From positions 96,001 to 160,000 of the forward strand of contig JBGAJQ010000001.1 in assembly GCA_044224875.1 (NCBI GenBank): DNA of 64,000 bases, read 5' to 3'. Source of the stretch: Gemmatimonadaceae bacterium. Its GTDB lineage: Bacteria > Gemmatimonadota > Gemmatimonadetes > Gemmatimonadales > Gemmatimonadaceae. Numbering within the stretch: position 1 is the first letter of the stretch; the number at the start of each line of letters is the position of its first letter. A program made the translations under genes and the position numbers. The notes beneath the pieces are model-generated. The model was not told where the DNA came from, ran no database searches, and was given only the letters and a program-made list of their open reading frames with translations. Of the stretch, positions 19,890 to 29,535 are shown piece after piece.

Positions 19890-22502
19890 GTGAGTAACGG
19901 GAAGGTCTGTCCACAATGCGGTACGAAGTACGACGCCGAGCATCGCTTTTGCCAGCGCGACGGCGCCACGCTCGTCGCCGAGAGTCCGAACGACTCGCTG
20001 ATCGGCGCAGTGATCGCCGACCGCTATCACGTGCTCCAGAAGTTGGGTGAGGGGGGAATGGGCGAGGTGTACCTCGCCGAGCACGTGCGCATCAAGCGCA
20101 AGGTGGCGGTGAAGGTCATGCGGCGCTGGATGGCCGCCGACGCCGTGGCGTTAGGCAGGTTCCATCGGGAAGCCGAGAACGCGAGCCAGATCTCGCATTC
20201 CAACGTGGCGACGATCTACGACTTCGGCGAGACTGGCGATGGCATGGTCTACTTCGCCATGGAGTACGTGGACGGCGAGCCGTTGTCGGAGGTGCTGAAG
20301 CGGGAGCCGCGTGTGGGCGTGGCTCGCAGCTGCGACATCGTTCGGCAGGTGGCCGATGCACTTGCCGCCGCGCACGCGCTCGGCATCCTGCACCGAGACC
20401 TGAAGCCCGACAACGTGATGTTAGGCAAGACGCGGGTCGGGACCGAGCAGGTGAAAATCGTCGACTTCGGGATCTCGCGGGTGATGGACCGTGGCACCCA
20501 GCAGTTCACGTCGACGGGGATGGTGATCGGGACGCCGGACTACATGAGTCCCGAGCAGCTATCGGGCGACGCGCTCGATGCGCGCACCGACATCTATGCG
20601 TTGGCGCTGATCGCGTTCCGCATGCTCACGGGCACGCCGGCGTTCGTGGGGAACAATGCTCACGAATCGCTCCTCGCGCGGCTGACGAAGCCAGCGACGC
20701 GGCTCACGGAAGCCTACCCGAACGTGGCGTGGCCCGACGCGATGCAGGCCGTGTTCGATCGAGCGCTCCACGCCGATCCCGAGCAGCGCTTTGGCGACGC
20801 GTTGGAATTTGCTGCGGCGCTCGAGGGTTCCGCGGTCGGCATGCCTCGCACGCCGGAAGATGAGCGGTATCTCGCCTTGCTGATGCAGCGCACTGCCACG
20901 CCGCCTCGCGGCTACGGTGCGATCGATGCGATGACACCGCCACACGGGACGATGCCAATTCCGGAAGCGGGTGGCACGGTACCCAGGCAACGCATGTGGA
21001 CCGAGACACCGCCGTCCGGTATTCCCACGGGGACAACGCCGGTCCCCTCGTCGCCCGCCGTCAGCCCGCCGGCAGCTACATCGGTTACGTCGCCATCTCG
21101 GACATTGTCACGTGGCCTCCTGACAGCCGTTGGTGTGATTGGGGCCGGCATCATCATTGCCGTGGCACGCTGGCGTTCCGGCGGAGCACCGGCCGCGCCA
21201 TCCACCGATAGTGCCACGGCAGTCGCACCGTCAGCAGCAACGCCAGCACCTCCCGCCCCACCACCAGACACCACGGCCGCAACGGTGCCGGCGGCGGCGG
21301 TATCCACGCTTCGCAGCGATGTGATCGTATCGCGCTTCGTAAGGAGTGTCTTCGACGTGTCATCCGGCGTCGGCCATGGGGCCGGGTTTCTTGCCGACTC
21401 CAGTGGTCTGGTGGTGACGTCGGCGCACCTGGTGGGGCGGGACTCTACGGTGTCCGTGCAAGTCGACGCCATGCATCGGTATCGTGCCCTCGTGCTCGTC
21501 GCGGACCGCGGGGTAGCCATCGCGGCGTTGCCGCCCCGTGCGTGCCGAGGGTGCACCGTGCTGGCCATACCAGCAGATTCGACGGGAGTAGCTGGCGGGG
21601 ACTCCGTCGTCTTGATCGGGTCACCGGAGGTCGGCGGTCGTGTACGGCGCGGTGTGGCGACGTCCGCATCCAACCAGACGATGACGGCTTCGTTCGATGT
21701 CTCCGCGCGGCAGGGGGGTGCCCCCGTGTCATCGCTGACGGGAACCATCGTTGCCGTCGCGGTGCGGGGCCGGAGCGGAGCATTGCAGCTGGCGGCAACG
21801 CCGGGCATCGCGCCGCTCATGGCAAGGGCGCGTGCCGCCCGCTCCGCGGCTCGGGTCGACACCACCTCGCTTCCCGTCTGGCCAGCCAAACGCATCGCGG
21901 AGTCGGCACGCACCACCGGGGCATCCATGAGTGAGAAGGAGATCGATGCCTACCGCACCAGGCGTGACGGTTTCGAAGTGCTCGTGATGACGCCACAGGT
22001 CGTTGCGTGGCGACGTGCCGCCACGGCCGCCAGCGGACGCAGTGACAACCCCTTCGCCGTGGACAAACCAGCGGCTGGCAAAGGCACGAGAGATCCGCTG
22101 CAACGATGGTCGGAGTGGGAGGAGTACTGGCGCGAGCGCCGTGCCGTCGTGATGATCGACGCGTCTCCCGAAGCGACACGCCCCCCATTCGCAGGCTCGA
22201 CAAAGCCGGTCGAATTCAAGAAGGGAGATGTCGACGGATTCGTGCTGCTGCGTGACGGCGTGGAGGTCCCGGCGATCGAGTCGAGCCGCGTCGTCGCCGT
22301 CCCAGACCCGGAACTGTACAACGGTCGCACCGTATTTCATTCGGGCGTTGCAGTGTACGCGCCTGAGGCGTTTGCGACGGGGTCGCGCTTCCGGCTCGAA
22401 GTGCGCGACGCCTCGCGCCCCGGCCGGTCGATCGGCGTTGACCTCTCCTCGAAGACGATCGAGCGCGTGCGTGCCGACTTGGGGCCGTACCTAACGCCTT
22501 AG
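19890..22502 (+). CDS. Membrane Ser/Thr protein kinase with N-terminal Zn-ribbon and extracytoplasmic trypsin-like domain
   Basis: CPQC..CQRD; LGEGGMGEVY, VAVK, HRDLKPDN, DFG, GTPDYMSPE; Pro-rich linker, TM helix, then GAGFLADSSGLVVTSAHLV. Confidence 0.88.
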   Translation: MSNGKVCPQCGTKYDAEHRFCQRDGATLVAESPNDSLIGAVIADRYHVLQKLGEGGMGEVYLAEHVRIKRKVAVKVMRRWMAADAVALGRFHREAENASQISHSNVATIYDFGETGDGMVYFAMEYVDGEPLSEVLKREPRVGVARSCDIVRQVADALAAAHALGILHRDLKPDNVMLGKTRVGTEQVKIVDFGISRVMDRGTQQFTSTGMVIGTPDYMSPEQLSGDALDARTDIYALALIAFRMLTGTPAFVGNNAHESLLARLTKPATRLTEAYPNVAWPDAMQAVFDRALHADPEQRFGDALEFAAALEGSAVGMPRTPEDERYLALLMQRTATPPRGYGAIDAMTPPHGTMPIPEAGGTVPRQRMWTETPPSGIPTGTTPVPSSPAVSPPAATSVTSPSRTLSRGLLTAVGVIGAGIIIAVARWRSGGAPAAPSTDSATAVAPSAATPAPPAPPPDTTAATVPAAAVSTLRSDVIVSRFVRSVFDVSSGVGHGAGFLADSSGLVVTSAHLVGRDSTVSVQVDAMHRYRALVLVADRGVAIAALPPRACRGCTVLAIPADSTGVAGGDSVVLIGSPEVGGRVRRGVATSASNQTMTASFDVSARQGGAPVSSLTGTIVAVAVRGRSGALQLAATPGIAPLMARARAARSAARVDTTSLPVWPAKRIAESARTTGASMSEKEIDAYRTRRDGFEVLVMTPQVVAWRRAATAASGRSDNPFAVDKPAAGKGTRDPLQRWSEWEEYWRERRAVVMIDASPEATRPPFAGSTKPVEFKKGDVDGFVLLRDGVEVPAIESSRVVAVPDPELYNGRTVFHSGVAVYAPEAFATGSRFRLEVRDASRPGRSIGVDLSSKTIERVRADLGPYLTP

Positions 22503-23722
22503 CCCGCTTCTGGTGGATCGTCGCCGGCTCGCATCAATCCCTCGGCTGCGACACGCGCACATTCCGCCAGTACCGCGGCACCCACAAAGATGCAGTCGTC
22601 GGCAGGGAGAAAGCGCGGGTTATGCGCCGCGGTGACTTCCCCTTGGGGCTCACGGGCGCCAATGCGCAGAAACGCACCGGGGATCTGTTCCAGGTAGAAG
22701 GCAAAGTCTTCACCGGCCATGTTGACGATGCCAAACGGCACCACGCCTTCGTTGCCGAGCACGCGCGTTGCTGCCTGGCGAGCCCAATCGGCTTCGCGTG
22801 CCGGGTTCACCACCGGCGGGGTGCCTTGGTCCATCGTGACGGTCGCGGTGGCGCCGTACGCTTCGGCGATGGACGTCGCCAGTTGTCGGACTTCTCGATG
22901 AAGCGCGGCCCGTACGCCGGGTAGCATGGCGCGAAGGGTCCCCGTCAATGTCACGGACTCGGGGATCACGTTAGGCGCCGTACCGCCATGCACCGTGCCG
23001 ACGGTAACCACCGCGGCCGCTGCGGGATCCAGGCGACGTGCCACGATGGTCTGCAGCCCGGTGATGATGGCCGACGCGGCGACGATGGGGTCGGTCGATT
23101 CATGGGGTCGCGCGCCGTGCGCGCCGCGGCCATGCACCGCGATGGAGAAGGTGTCCGCCGACGCCGCCAGGGCGCCGGCTTCGGCGACCACCTGTCCGAC
23201 AGGGAACCGTCGATCGACATGGCCGCCGTAGATCGCGCGTACACCCTCCAAGGCTCCCGACGCCAGGATCGCCGGTGCCCCAGCCCCGACCTCTTCCGCC
23301 GGCTGCAACACCAGTCGGACATCGCCAAGCGCGGGTTCTCGGGACAGCAGCATGGCGGCGCCGACAGTCCATGTGGCGTGGACGTCGTGGCCACAGGCGT
23401 GCATGACGCCAGCCACGGTCGATGCCCACGGCACGCCGGTCGACTCCTGAATGGGGAGCGCGTCGATGTCCCCGCGCAACGCCGTGGTCGGACCATGCGC
23501 GTGCAGTCCGGGTATGCGGGCAAGCACCCCGGTGCCGGCGACTGTCTGAATATCCTGCGCTCCAATCGACGACAGGGCGTGCTGGAGTCGATCGGCGGTC
23601 CGCTGTTCCTTCCACGACAGTTCAGGATGCTGATGAAGGTCGTGGCGGAGCGCCAGCAGGGCTTCCGCTTCGCGATCGCTGAAGCACCGACGGGCACGCG
23701 CGGCGGCATCGAGAGTAGACAC
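22499..23722 (-). CDS. M20 amidohydrolase (probable N-succinyl-L-amino acid desuccinylase)
   Basis: HQHPELS, RGDIDALP, MHACGHD, QPAEE, GAHGARPH, GEDFAFY. Lies in an operon with the racemase and GNAT. Confidence 0.88.
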   Translation of the reverse strand: MSTLDAAARARRCFSDREAEALLALRHDLHQHPELSWKEQRTADRLQHALSSIGAQDIQTVAGTGVLARIPGLHAHGPTTALRGDIDALPIQESTGVPWASTVAGVMHACGHDVHATWTVGAAMLLSREPALGDVRLVLQPAEEVGAGAPAILASGALEGVRAIYGGHVDRRFPVGQVVAEAGALAASADTFSIAVHGRGAHGARPHESTDPIVAASAIITGLQTIVARRLDPAAAAVVTVGTVHGGTAPNVIPESVTLTGTLRAMLPGVRAALHREVRQLATSIAEAYGATATVTMDQGTPPVVNPAREADWARQAATRVLGNEGVVPFGIVNMAGEDFAFYLEQIPGAFLRIGAREPQGEVTAAHNPRFLPADDCIFVGAAVLAECARVAAEGLMRAGDDPPEAG

Positions 23723-23746
23723 GGCAACTCCTGGTTTTCGACAGCG

Positions 23747-24874
23747 TTAGGCTTGCACCAACTCCTGTCGGCGGATGGTGAGGGCCTCCACGCGCTCGGT
23801 ATCGACGGTGACACCAATGCCGGGGCGATCGAGCGGCACGCGCACCATCCCTGTCGCGGACATGGTCCACTCCGGCGTGACCACGTCGCGCTCCCAATAG
23901 CGGGCACTGGGGCTCACGTCCCCGGGCTTGAGGAAGTTCGATAGGGAGGCCAAGGCCACGTTGTACGCCCGGCCAATGCCACTCTCTAGCATGCCGCCGC
24001 ACCACACCGGGATGTGGTGCGACTCGCAGAAATCGTGGATCGCGATGGACTGCGAGAATCCGCCGACACGGCCCGGCTTGATGTTGATGATGCGCCCGCT
24101 GCCTAACGTTACCATGTCCTGCGCGCGCTCGAGCGAGGTGATCGACTCATCGAGGCAGATGGGGGTTCGCAACTTCTTCTGCAGCGTCGCGTGGCGCACG
24201 ATGTCGTTCCACGCCAGTGGCTGTTCGATCATCATCAGGTTCAGGTCGTCCAACGCGATCAAGGCATCGGCGTCGTCGAGGGTGTAGGCGTTGTTCGCAT
24301 CGGCCATCAACGGCGCATCGGGGCCAAGTGCCTGGCGTGCGGCGGTGACGAAGGGCACGTCGTACCCCGGTTTGATCTTGATCTTCACCTTTCGGTAGCC
24401 GGCGGCAAGTGCCGCGCGAGCCTTCTCGACGAGAGCTTCCGGCGACTTCTGGATCCCCAGGGAGATGCCGGTCGCGATCTCAGTCCGTGTGCCGCCGATG
24501 AGTCGGGCCAGCGGCATGCCCTGCATTTCTGCTTCGAGTCCCCACATACCCATCTCGACCGCGGCCTTCGCCATCTCGTGTCCACGGAAGTCCCGTTCCA
24601 GCACGTCGTGGACTTCGCTCGGTGTCGCGAAGGATTTGCCGAGAACGCGCGGGGCGACGAATCGCGAAATGACGAGCCAGCAGGTGTCGATCGTCTCCGG
24701 CGAGTAGTTAGGCGTGTCATCGGCCACGCACTCACTCCACGTACTGGCGCCGCTGGCATCGTGAAGCTCCAGCAACGTAATGCGTCGCTCGGTCATGACG
24801 CCTGAAGAAATCTGGAACGGCTCGCGGAGCGGAAGACGAATCTCGCGGAGGGTAATACGGTCGAGTCGAATCAT
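23747..24874 (-). CDS. menC: N-succinyl/N-acylamino acid racemase / o-succinylbenzoate synthase (enolase superfamily, NSAR/OSBS subfamily)
   Basis: KVKIKIKPG, DANNAY, IEQP, LDESI, NIKPGRVGG, WCGGMLESGIGRA. Confidence 0.9.
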   Translation of the reverse strand: MIRLDRITLREIRLPLREPFQISSGVMTERRITLLELHDASGASTWSECVADDTPNYSPETIDTCWLVISRFVAPRVLGKSFATPSEVHDVLERDFRGHEMAKAAVEMGMWGLEAEMQGMPLARLIGGTRTEIATGISLGIQKSPEALVEKARAALAAGYRKVKIKIKPGYDVPFVTAARQALGPDAPLMADANNAYTLDDADALIALDDLNLMMIEQPLAWNDIVRHATLQKKLRTPICLDESITSLERAQDMVTLGSGRIINIKPGRVGGFSQSIAIHDFCESHHIPVWCGGMLESGIGRAYNVALASLSNFLKPGDVSPSARYWERDVVTPEWTMSATGMVRVPLDRPGIGVTVDTERVEALTIRRQELVQA

Positions 24875-25725
24875 GTGGAAGGGAGAGGAAACAGCGCTGG
24901 GTTTCGCGTGAAGACGTAGTAGGGGAGGGCATCGCCGTGGGCGCGGACAAAGCGCGCCACCTGATAGCCCCGTTCGAGCAGCGGCACGACCAGGTCACGG
25001 ACCGAATAGCGCCAAGCGGCTGCGAGTTCCTGCGAGTCGAGCTGGACCTGGTGTGAGTCGCGTGGTAGCTGAATGCGCACCGTCTCATGGTCGTCAGCAG
25101 CGATCTTGCATGGCGCCCCGGACGGGCTCAGGGGATTCAGCAAGGGCAATTGCTCGTCACGCGCGGCCGCGGTATCGACACCTGGTCCGAGGCCGGCCGC
25201 ACGATCCAGGTCCCAGGCGATGATGAACCGATCGGTCGGCAGGGCGCCATGCAGCGTGCTGCCCGTGTTTGAACCGTACATATCCGGGCGGTAAGCCGCC
25301 GGGAACGCGCGCAGGCGATTGATGTTGAAGTGCGCATTGCGCGCCACCAACGGGTCGTACGTCCACAGCATGACATGCACGCCCAACGCGCGGACGCGGT
25401 CGGCCTGATAGTGCTTGAGCCGCTCGCCAAGGTGGCGATTGCGATACTCGGGTAGCACGGCCAGCATGTCCGACCAGTGGACCAGGCGTCCGTCGCGTAC
25501 ACCAGTAAGGCCAAAGACAAAGCCGACCATGCGTCCCGTCGGCTCAAACGCTCCGGCGCTCACACCGCCGATCTCCTGGCCCACGTGCAGGATGGCTCCC
25601 GGGACGCGCTCGGAGAAGCCTTGCCCCCACGTGGCTTCCTGGAACGCCACGCACGCCTGATACTCGTCCAGCGAGGCGAACTCGCGAATGGTGAGGTGTT
25701 CGAGGTCGGAGGACGTGCGGCTCAT
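24871..25725 (-). CDS. GNAT, probable D-amino acid N-succinyltransferase
   Basis: HWSDMLAVLPEYRN..G..LK, WTYDPLVARNAHFN, LPTDRF. ATGA-coupled to the racemase gene. Confidence 0.82.
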   Translation of the reverse strand: MSRTSSDLEHLTIREFASLDEYQACVAFQEATWGQGFSERVPGAILHVGQEIGGVSAGAFEPTGRMVGFVFGLTGVRDGRLVHWSDMLAVLPEYRNRHLGERLKHYQADRVRALGVHVMLWTYDPLVARNAHFNINRLRAFPAAYRPDMYGSNTGSTLHGALPTDRFIIAWDLDRAAGLGPGVDTAAARDEQLPLLNPLSPSGAPCKIAADDHETVRIQLPRDSHQVQLDSQELAAAWRYSVRDLVVPLLERGYQVARFVRAHGDALPYYVFTRNPALFPLPST

Positions 25726-25786
25726 CGGTCGGGAAAACAGGCGGGCTTGCGGGGCAGGAATCTGGGCGCTAGATCAGCGCAGAAGT

Positions 25787-25798
25787 TTTGTATACAAA
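25787..25798. promoter_or_regulatory. Candidate GntR/FCD operator
   Basis: Perfect AT-rich palindrome TTTGTATACAAA in the 86-bp divergent intergenic region. A GntR gene is in the + strand operon. Confidence 0.7.
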
Positions 25799-25811
25799 TT
25801 GGGAGTTTACG

Positions 25812-27548
25812 ATGCCTGTCCAACACTCGTTCCGCAAGATGTGGTTGATCACCGCCTCCCTCCTGGCGCTGAGTGCCTGCGTGGTTCGTCGCGCGGACGC
25901 GCCGTCCGCCGGTGGGTACGATGTCATCATCGAGGGCGGGCGCGTGGTGGACGGAAGTGGTGATCCCTGGTTTTACGGCGACGTCGCGTTGCAGGGAGAT
26001 CGCATCGCGCGGATCGCACCTCCCGGCATCCTGAAGAATGCAGCGGCGAAGTCCCGCATTAACGCGCGCGGGTTGGTCGTCGCCCCCGGCTTCATTGATA
26101 TCCAAAGCCACTCGCGCGACGCCTTCCTGACGGGAGACAGCCGTGTGATCAGCAAGATCACGCAGGGCATCACCACCGAAATCATGGGAGAAGGCTGGAC
26201 GAACGCGCCGTCCAATGACAAGACGATGTCATCCCTGTCGTCTGTTGACCCGGGCGTCGCGCCCGACTCGGTCAACCGGAAGTTCATGGGGCCCGACGGC
26301 TTCAACACGTGGCTGGAGTACATGGAACGGCGTGGCGTCACGCCAAACATCGGTTCATTCATCGGCGCCACCACGTTGCGGGTGTACGCGAAAGGATCGG
26401 CGCAAGGCGCAGCCAGCCCGGCAGAACTCGACTCGATGCGGGCGGCCACGCAACGCGCCATGCGAGACGGAGCCTTCGGCGTCGCCAGCGCGCTCATCTA
26501 TCCTCCCGGCAATTTTTCATCCACCGAAGAGTTGATCGAGATCGCCAAGGCGATGTCGCCATTTGGCGGCGTCTACATCTCGCACATGCGCTCTGAGGCC
26601 GACCAGTTTCTCGAAGCCATTGACGAGTTGCTACGCATCGGGAAGGAAGGCGGTGTTCCGGTCGAGATCTACCACCTCAAGGCCGGGGGCGTGCGCAATT
26701 GGCCCAAGGCAGCACAGGCTATTGCCAAGATCGACTCGGCACGTGCGACAGGACAGGACGTGCAGGCGAGCATGTATCCGTATGTCGCGGGCGGGACGGG
26801 TTTGTCGGCGTGTACACCGCCCTGGGCCTCCGCCAATGACAAGTTGCTCGACAACCTTCGCGATCCGGCGACGCGCGCCAAGATCGTGCAGGAGATGAAT
26901 GCCGCCAAGACATCGTGGGAGAATCTCTGCTCCCTGGCGACGCCAGCGGGAGTGATGGTGGTGGGGTTCAAGAAGCCAGAGCACATGAAGCGGGAGGGTC
27001 AGCGGGTCTCCCAGATCGCCACGGAGCTGAAGAAAGACTGGGCCAATACGGTCATCGAGTTGTTGCTGGCGACGGACGGCCAAGTCGGCATGCTGGTCTT
27101 CATGATGAGCGAGGACAACGTCGAGCTTCAGCTCAAACAGCCATGGATCACGTTCGGCACGGACGCCGGAGGCGTGAACCCGGACTCTACCCGCCAGCTC
27201 GTCCACCCGCGTTCCTACGGAACCTTCCCTCGGATCCTTGGCCACTATGTGCGCGACCGGGGTGTCATGTCCCTGGAGGAGGCCGTACGGAAGGCCTCGT
27301 CGGGCGTGGCCACCCGCCTCTCGATCCAGGAGCGCGGACTGCTGCGCGAGGGCCTCTATGCCGACGTCGTCGTATTCGACCCCGCGACGATTGCCGATCG
27401 GGCGACCTTTACCCAGCCACACCAGGTGTCCGTGGGGGTCCAGCACGTGTTCGTCAATGGCATACAGGTCGTAGCTGACGGAAAGCACACGGGTGCCAAA
27501 CCAGGACGCATCGTACGCGGACCGGGCTGGACGGGGCGAACACCATGA
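25812..27548 (+). CDS. N-acyl-D-amino-acid deacylase family lipoprotein
   Basis: GGGAG RBS; lipobox LSAC; PGFIDIQSH, SHMRSE, IYHLK, GTDAG, HPRSYGTFPR. Confidence 0.9.
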   Translation: MPVQHSFRKMWLITASLLALSACVVRRADAPSAGGYDVIIEGGRVVDGSGDPWFYGDVALQGDRIARIAPPGILKNAAAKSRINARGLVVAPGFIDIQSHSRDAFLTGDSRVISKITQGITTEIMGEGWTNAPSNDKTMSSLSSVDPGVAPDSVNRKFMGPDGFNTWLEYMERRGVTPNIGSFIGATTLRVYAKGSAQGAASPAELDSMRAATQRAMRDGAFGVASALIYPPGNFSSTEELIEIAKAMSPFGGVYISHMRSEADQFLEAIDELLRIGKEGGVPVEIYHLKAGGVRNWPKAAQAIAKIDSARATGQDVQASMYPYVAGGTGLSACTPPWASANDKLLDNLRDPATRAKIVQEMNAAKTSWENLCSLATPAGVMVVGFKKPEHMKREGQRVSQIATELKKDWANTVIELLLATDGQVGMLVFMMSEDNVELQLKQPWITFGTDAGGVNPDSTRQLVHPRSYGTFPRILGHYVRDRGVMSLEEAVRKASSGVATRLSIQERGLLREGLYADVVVFDPATIADRATFTQPHQVSVGVQHVFVNGIQVVADGKHTGAKPGRIVRGPGWTGRTP

Positions 27549-28264
27549 CACCCCAGGGCGCCAAGGTCACGCTGAGCCGCCGCGCGGCCCGGCCAGAACA
27601 GGTGTACCAGAAACTCCGCGAGCTGATCGTGCGAGGACAGCTGGCACCGGGGAGCCGCGTGATCGAGACCGACGTGGCCACTCGGCTCAACGTCAGCCGT
27701 ACCCCCGTACGCTCAGCGCTCCAGCGGCTACAGCAGGAAGGATTCATCGTGGACACGCCGTCGCTGCAACAGTCACGCCCGACGGTTGCACCCATGACGA
27801 CGGAGGACGCGCGCGAACTGTTCAATATCGTCGCCGAAATCGAGGGCCTGGCTGCCCGCATGGCCGCCACGCAGCCCGCACAGGAACGGCAGGTGCTGGC
27901 GGGCGAACTCGCACTCATCAACGAGCAGTTCCGCAAGGCGTCGGATGCGAAGCACCCGAATCACAACCGCTTGTGGGAGCTGGACGAGCGGTTTCACCGG
28001 TGTTACGTGGAGGCGGGTTCGGGGCCACGGTTGTTGAGCCTGCACGACTCGGTGAAGCCGCAAGCCGAGCGATACGAGCGCCTTTACGTCTCGCTGCTGA
28101 CGCGCGAAATCGCCACTTCGGTTGCCGAACATGGGGCGATCGTACGGGCCATTCGCGCTGGCAATGCGGACGCGGCACAGTACGCAGTGCAGATCAACTG
28201 GCGGAATGCAGCCGAACGGCTAGCCTCAGTGATCACGAACGTTGGTGAACGCGGCAAGTGGTAG
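27545..28264 (+). CDS. GntR family transcriptional regulator (FCD domain)
   Basis: VYQKLRELIVRGQLAPG..LNVSRTPVRSALQRL, DERFH, EHGAIV. ATGA overlap with the upstream gene. Confidence 0.92.
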   Translation: MTPQGAKVTLSRRAARPEQVYQKLRELIVRGQLAPGSRVIETDVATRLNVSRTPVRSALQRLQQEGFIVDTPSLQQSRPTVAPMTTEDARELFNIVAEIEGLAARMAATQPAQERQVLAGELALINEQFRKASDAKHPNHNRLWELDERFHRCYVEAGSGPRLLSLHDSVKPQAERYERLYVSLLTREIATSVAEHGAIVRAIRAGNADAAQYAVQINWRNAAERLASVITNVGERGKW

Positions 28265-28312
28265 TGGAAACGAGTCAGTACGGGAATCAAACGCGCAAGG
28301 AGCAGAATACCG

Positions 28313-29500
28313 ATGACGCATGAACCGATGAGCCGACGCACGGCACTACAACACGTCGCGCAGGGCACGGCGATGTTGGCGTTGGCGCCCTACGTCTCCG
28401 TGGGTCGTTTTCGGCTCTTTCCCTGGAGCCACACCGAGTATTCCGCCAGATGCATCAAGCTCGTCGGCGAGTCCACGGTCATCGACATGCTCGGGCTGTT
28501 GTCACTGGGTCCGAATGGTGAGAAGTGGATGACGAATCCCGATTCGTTCACGGATGCGGACCTGCAGCGGTTTCGAGACTCCGGGATCAACGTCTTTCAC
28601 ACCGCGACCGGAACCGGCGGTCCGTCTGTATACGAGGAGACGTTCTGGTTTCTCAGCGGATTCAACGGCTTTGTGGCGGCCCACAGCGACAGCTTTTCAC
28701 GCATCGACTCCGTCGACGACTTTGCCCGCGCGAAGGCGGCTCGGAAGATCGGCATCATCCTGGGTGTCCAGAACTCCGAGCATTTCCGGACCACGAAGGA
28801 CATCGACAATTTCTATGCACTGGGCCAGCGCGTGTCGCAGCTGACGTACAACACCCGCAACATGATCGGCAACGGCTCCACCGAGCGGCGCGACGAGGGG
28901 ATCAGCGACTATGGCGTCGAGGTGATCCGAAAGATGAATGAGGTCGGTATGGCGGTCGACGTCGGTCACTGCGGCGATCGCACGTCCCTGGAGGCGTTTG
29001 AGCTGTCAAAGACACCAGTCTTGATCACCCACTCCAACGCGCGCGCCCTGAACCCGGGCCACCCGCGCTGCAAACCTGACGAAGTAATCCGCGCCTGCGG
29101 CAAGGCCGGGAGCGTCATGGGCATTACCGGTGTTCGGAATTTCGTGAAGGGGAGTGAGCCCACGACAATCGAAGACGTGGTCAACCATTTCGACTATGTC
29201 TCGAAGATGATCGGCGTCGAGCATGTCGGCGTGGGCAGTGACATCGATCTCGACGGATACGATGACATGCCACCCGAGCAGTACAAGCAGTTGAAAGCGG
29301 CCTACAAAGGGAGCTATGCCTTCCGCGACAAGATCGACATCGAGGGACTGGATCACCCGAAACGCATGTTCGACCTCACGGAGGCGCTGATACGTCGGGG
29401 GTACTCGGACGCCGACATCACAGGAATTCTCGGGGGCAACTGGATTCGGGTCTTGAAGGAGTCGTGGACCCCCATCAAGCCGCCCGCGCCCGCCAAGTGA
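28313..29500 (+). CDS. Tat-exported membrane dipeptidase (peptidase M19 family)
   Basis: MSRRTAL signal; QLTYN, VDVGH, ITHSN, HPRCKPD, HVGVGSD, ILGGNW. Confidence 0.88.
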   Translation: MTHEPMSRRTALQHVAQGTAMLALAPYVSVGRFRLFPWSHTEYSARCIKLVGESTVIDMLGLLSLGPNGEKWMTNPDSFTDADLQRFRDSGINVFHTATGTGGPSVYEETFWFLSGFNGFVAAHSDSFSRIDSVDDFARAKAARKIGIILGVQNSEHFRTTKDIDNFYALGQRVSQLTYNTRNMIGNGSTERRDEGISDYGVEVIRKMNEVGMAVDVGHCGDRTSLEAFELSKTPVLITHSNARALNPGHPRCKPDEVIRACGKAGSVMGITGVRNFVKGSEPTTIEDVVNHFDYVSKMIGVEHVGVGSDIDLDGYDDMPPEQYKQLKAAYKGSYAFRDKIDIEGLDHPKRMFDLTEALIRRGYSDADITGILGGNWIRVLKESWTPIKPPAPAK

Positions 29501-29535
29501 GTTCATCCTCCACCGTGGTCTTCACGGAGAATCGC

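Noticed and set aside
23747..24874. Menaquinone biosynthesis locus
   Set aside because: No other men genes are present. The GNAT and M20 neighbours point to the racemase role, though the enzyme may be bifunctional.
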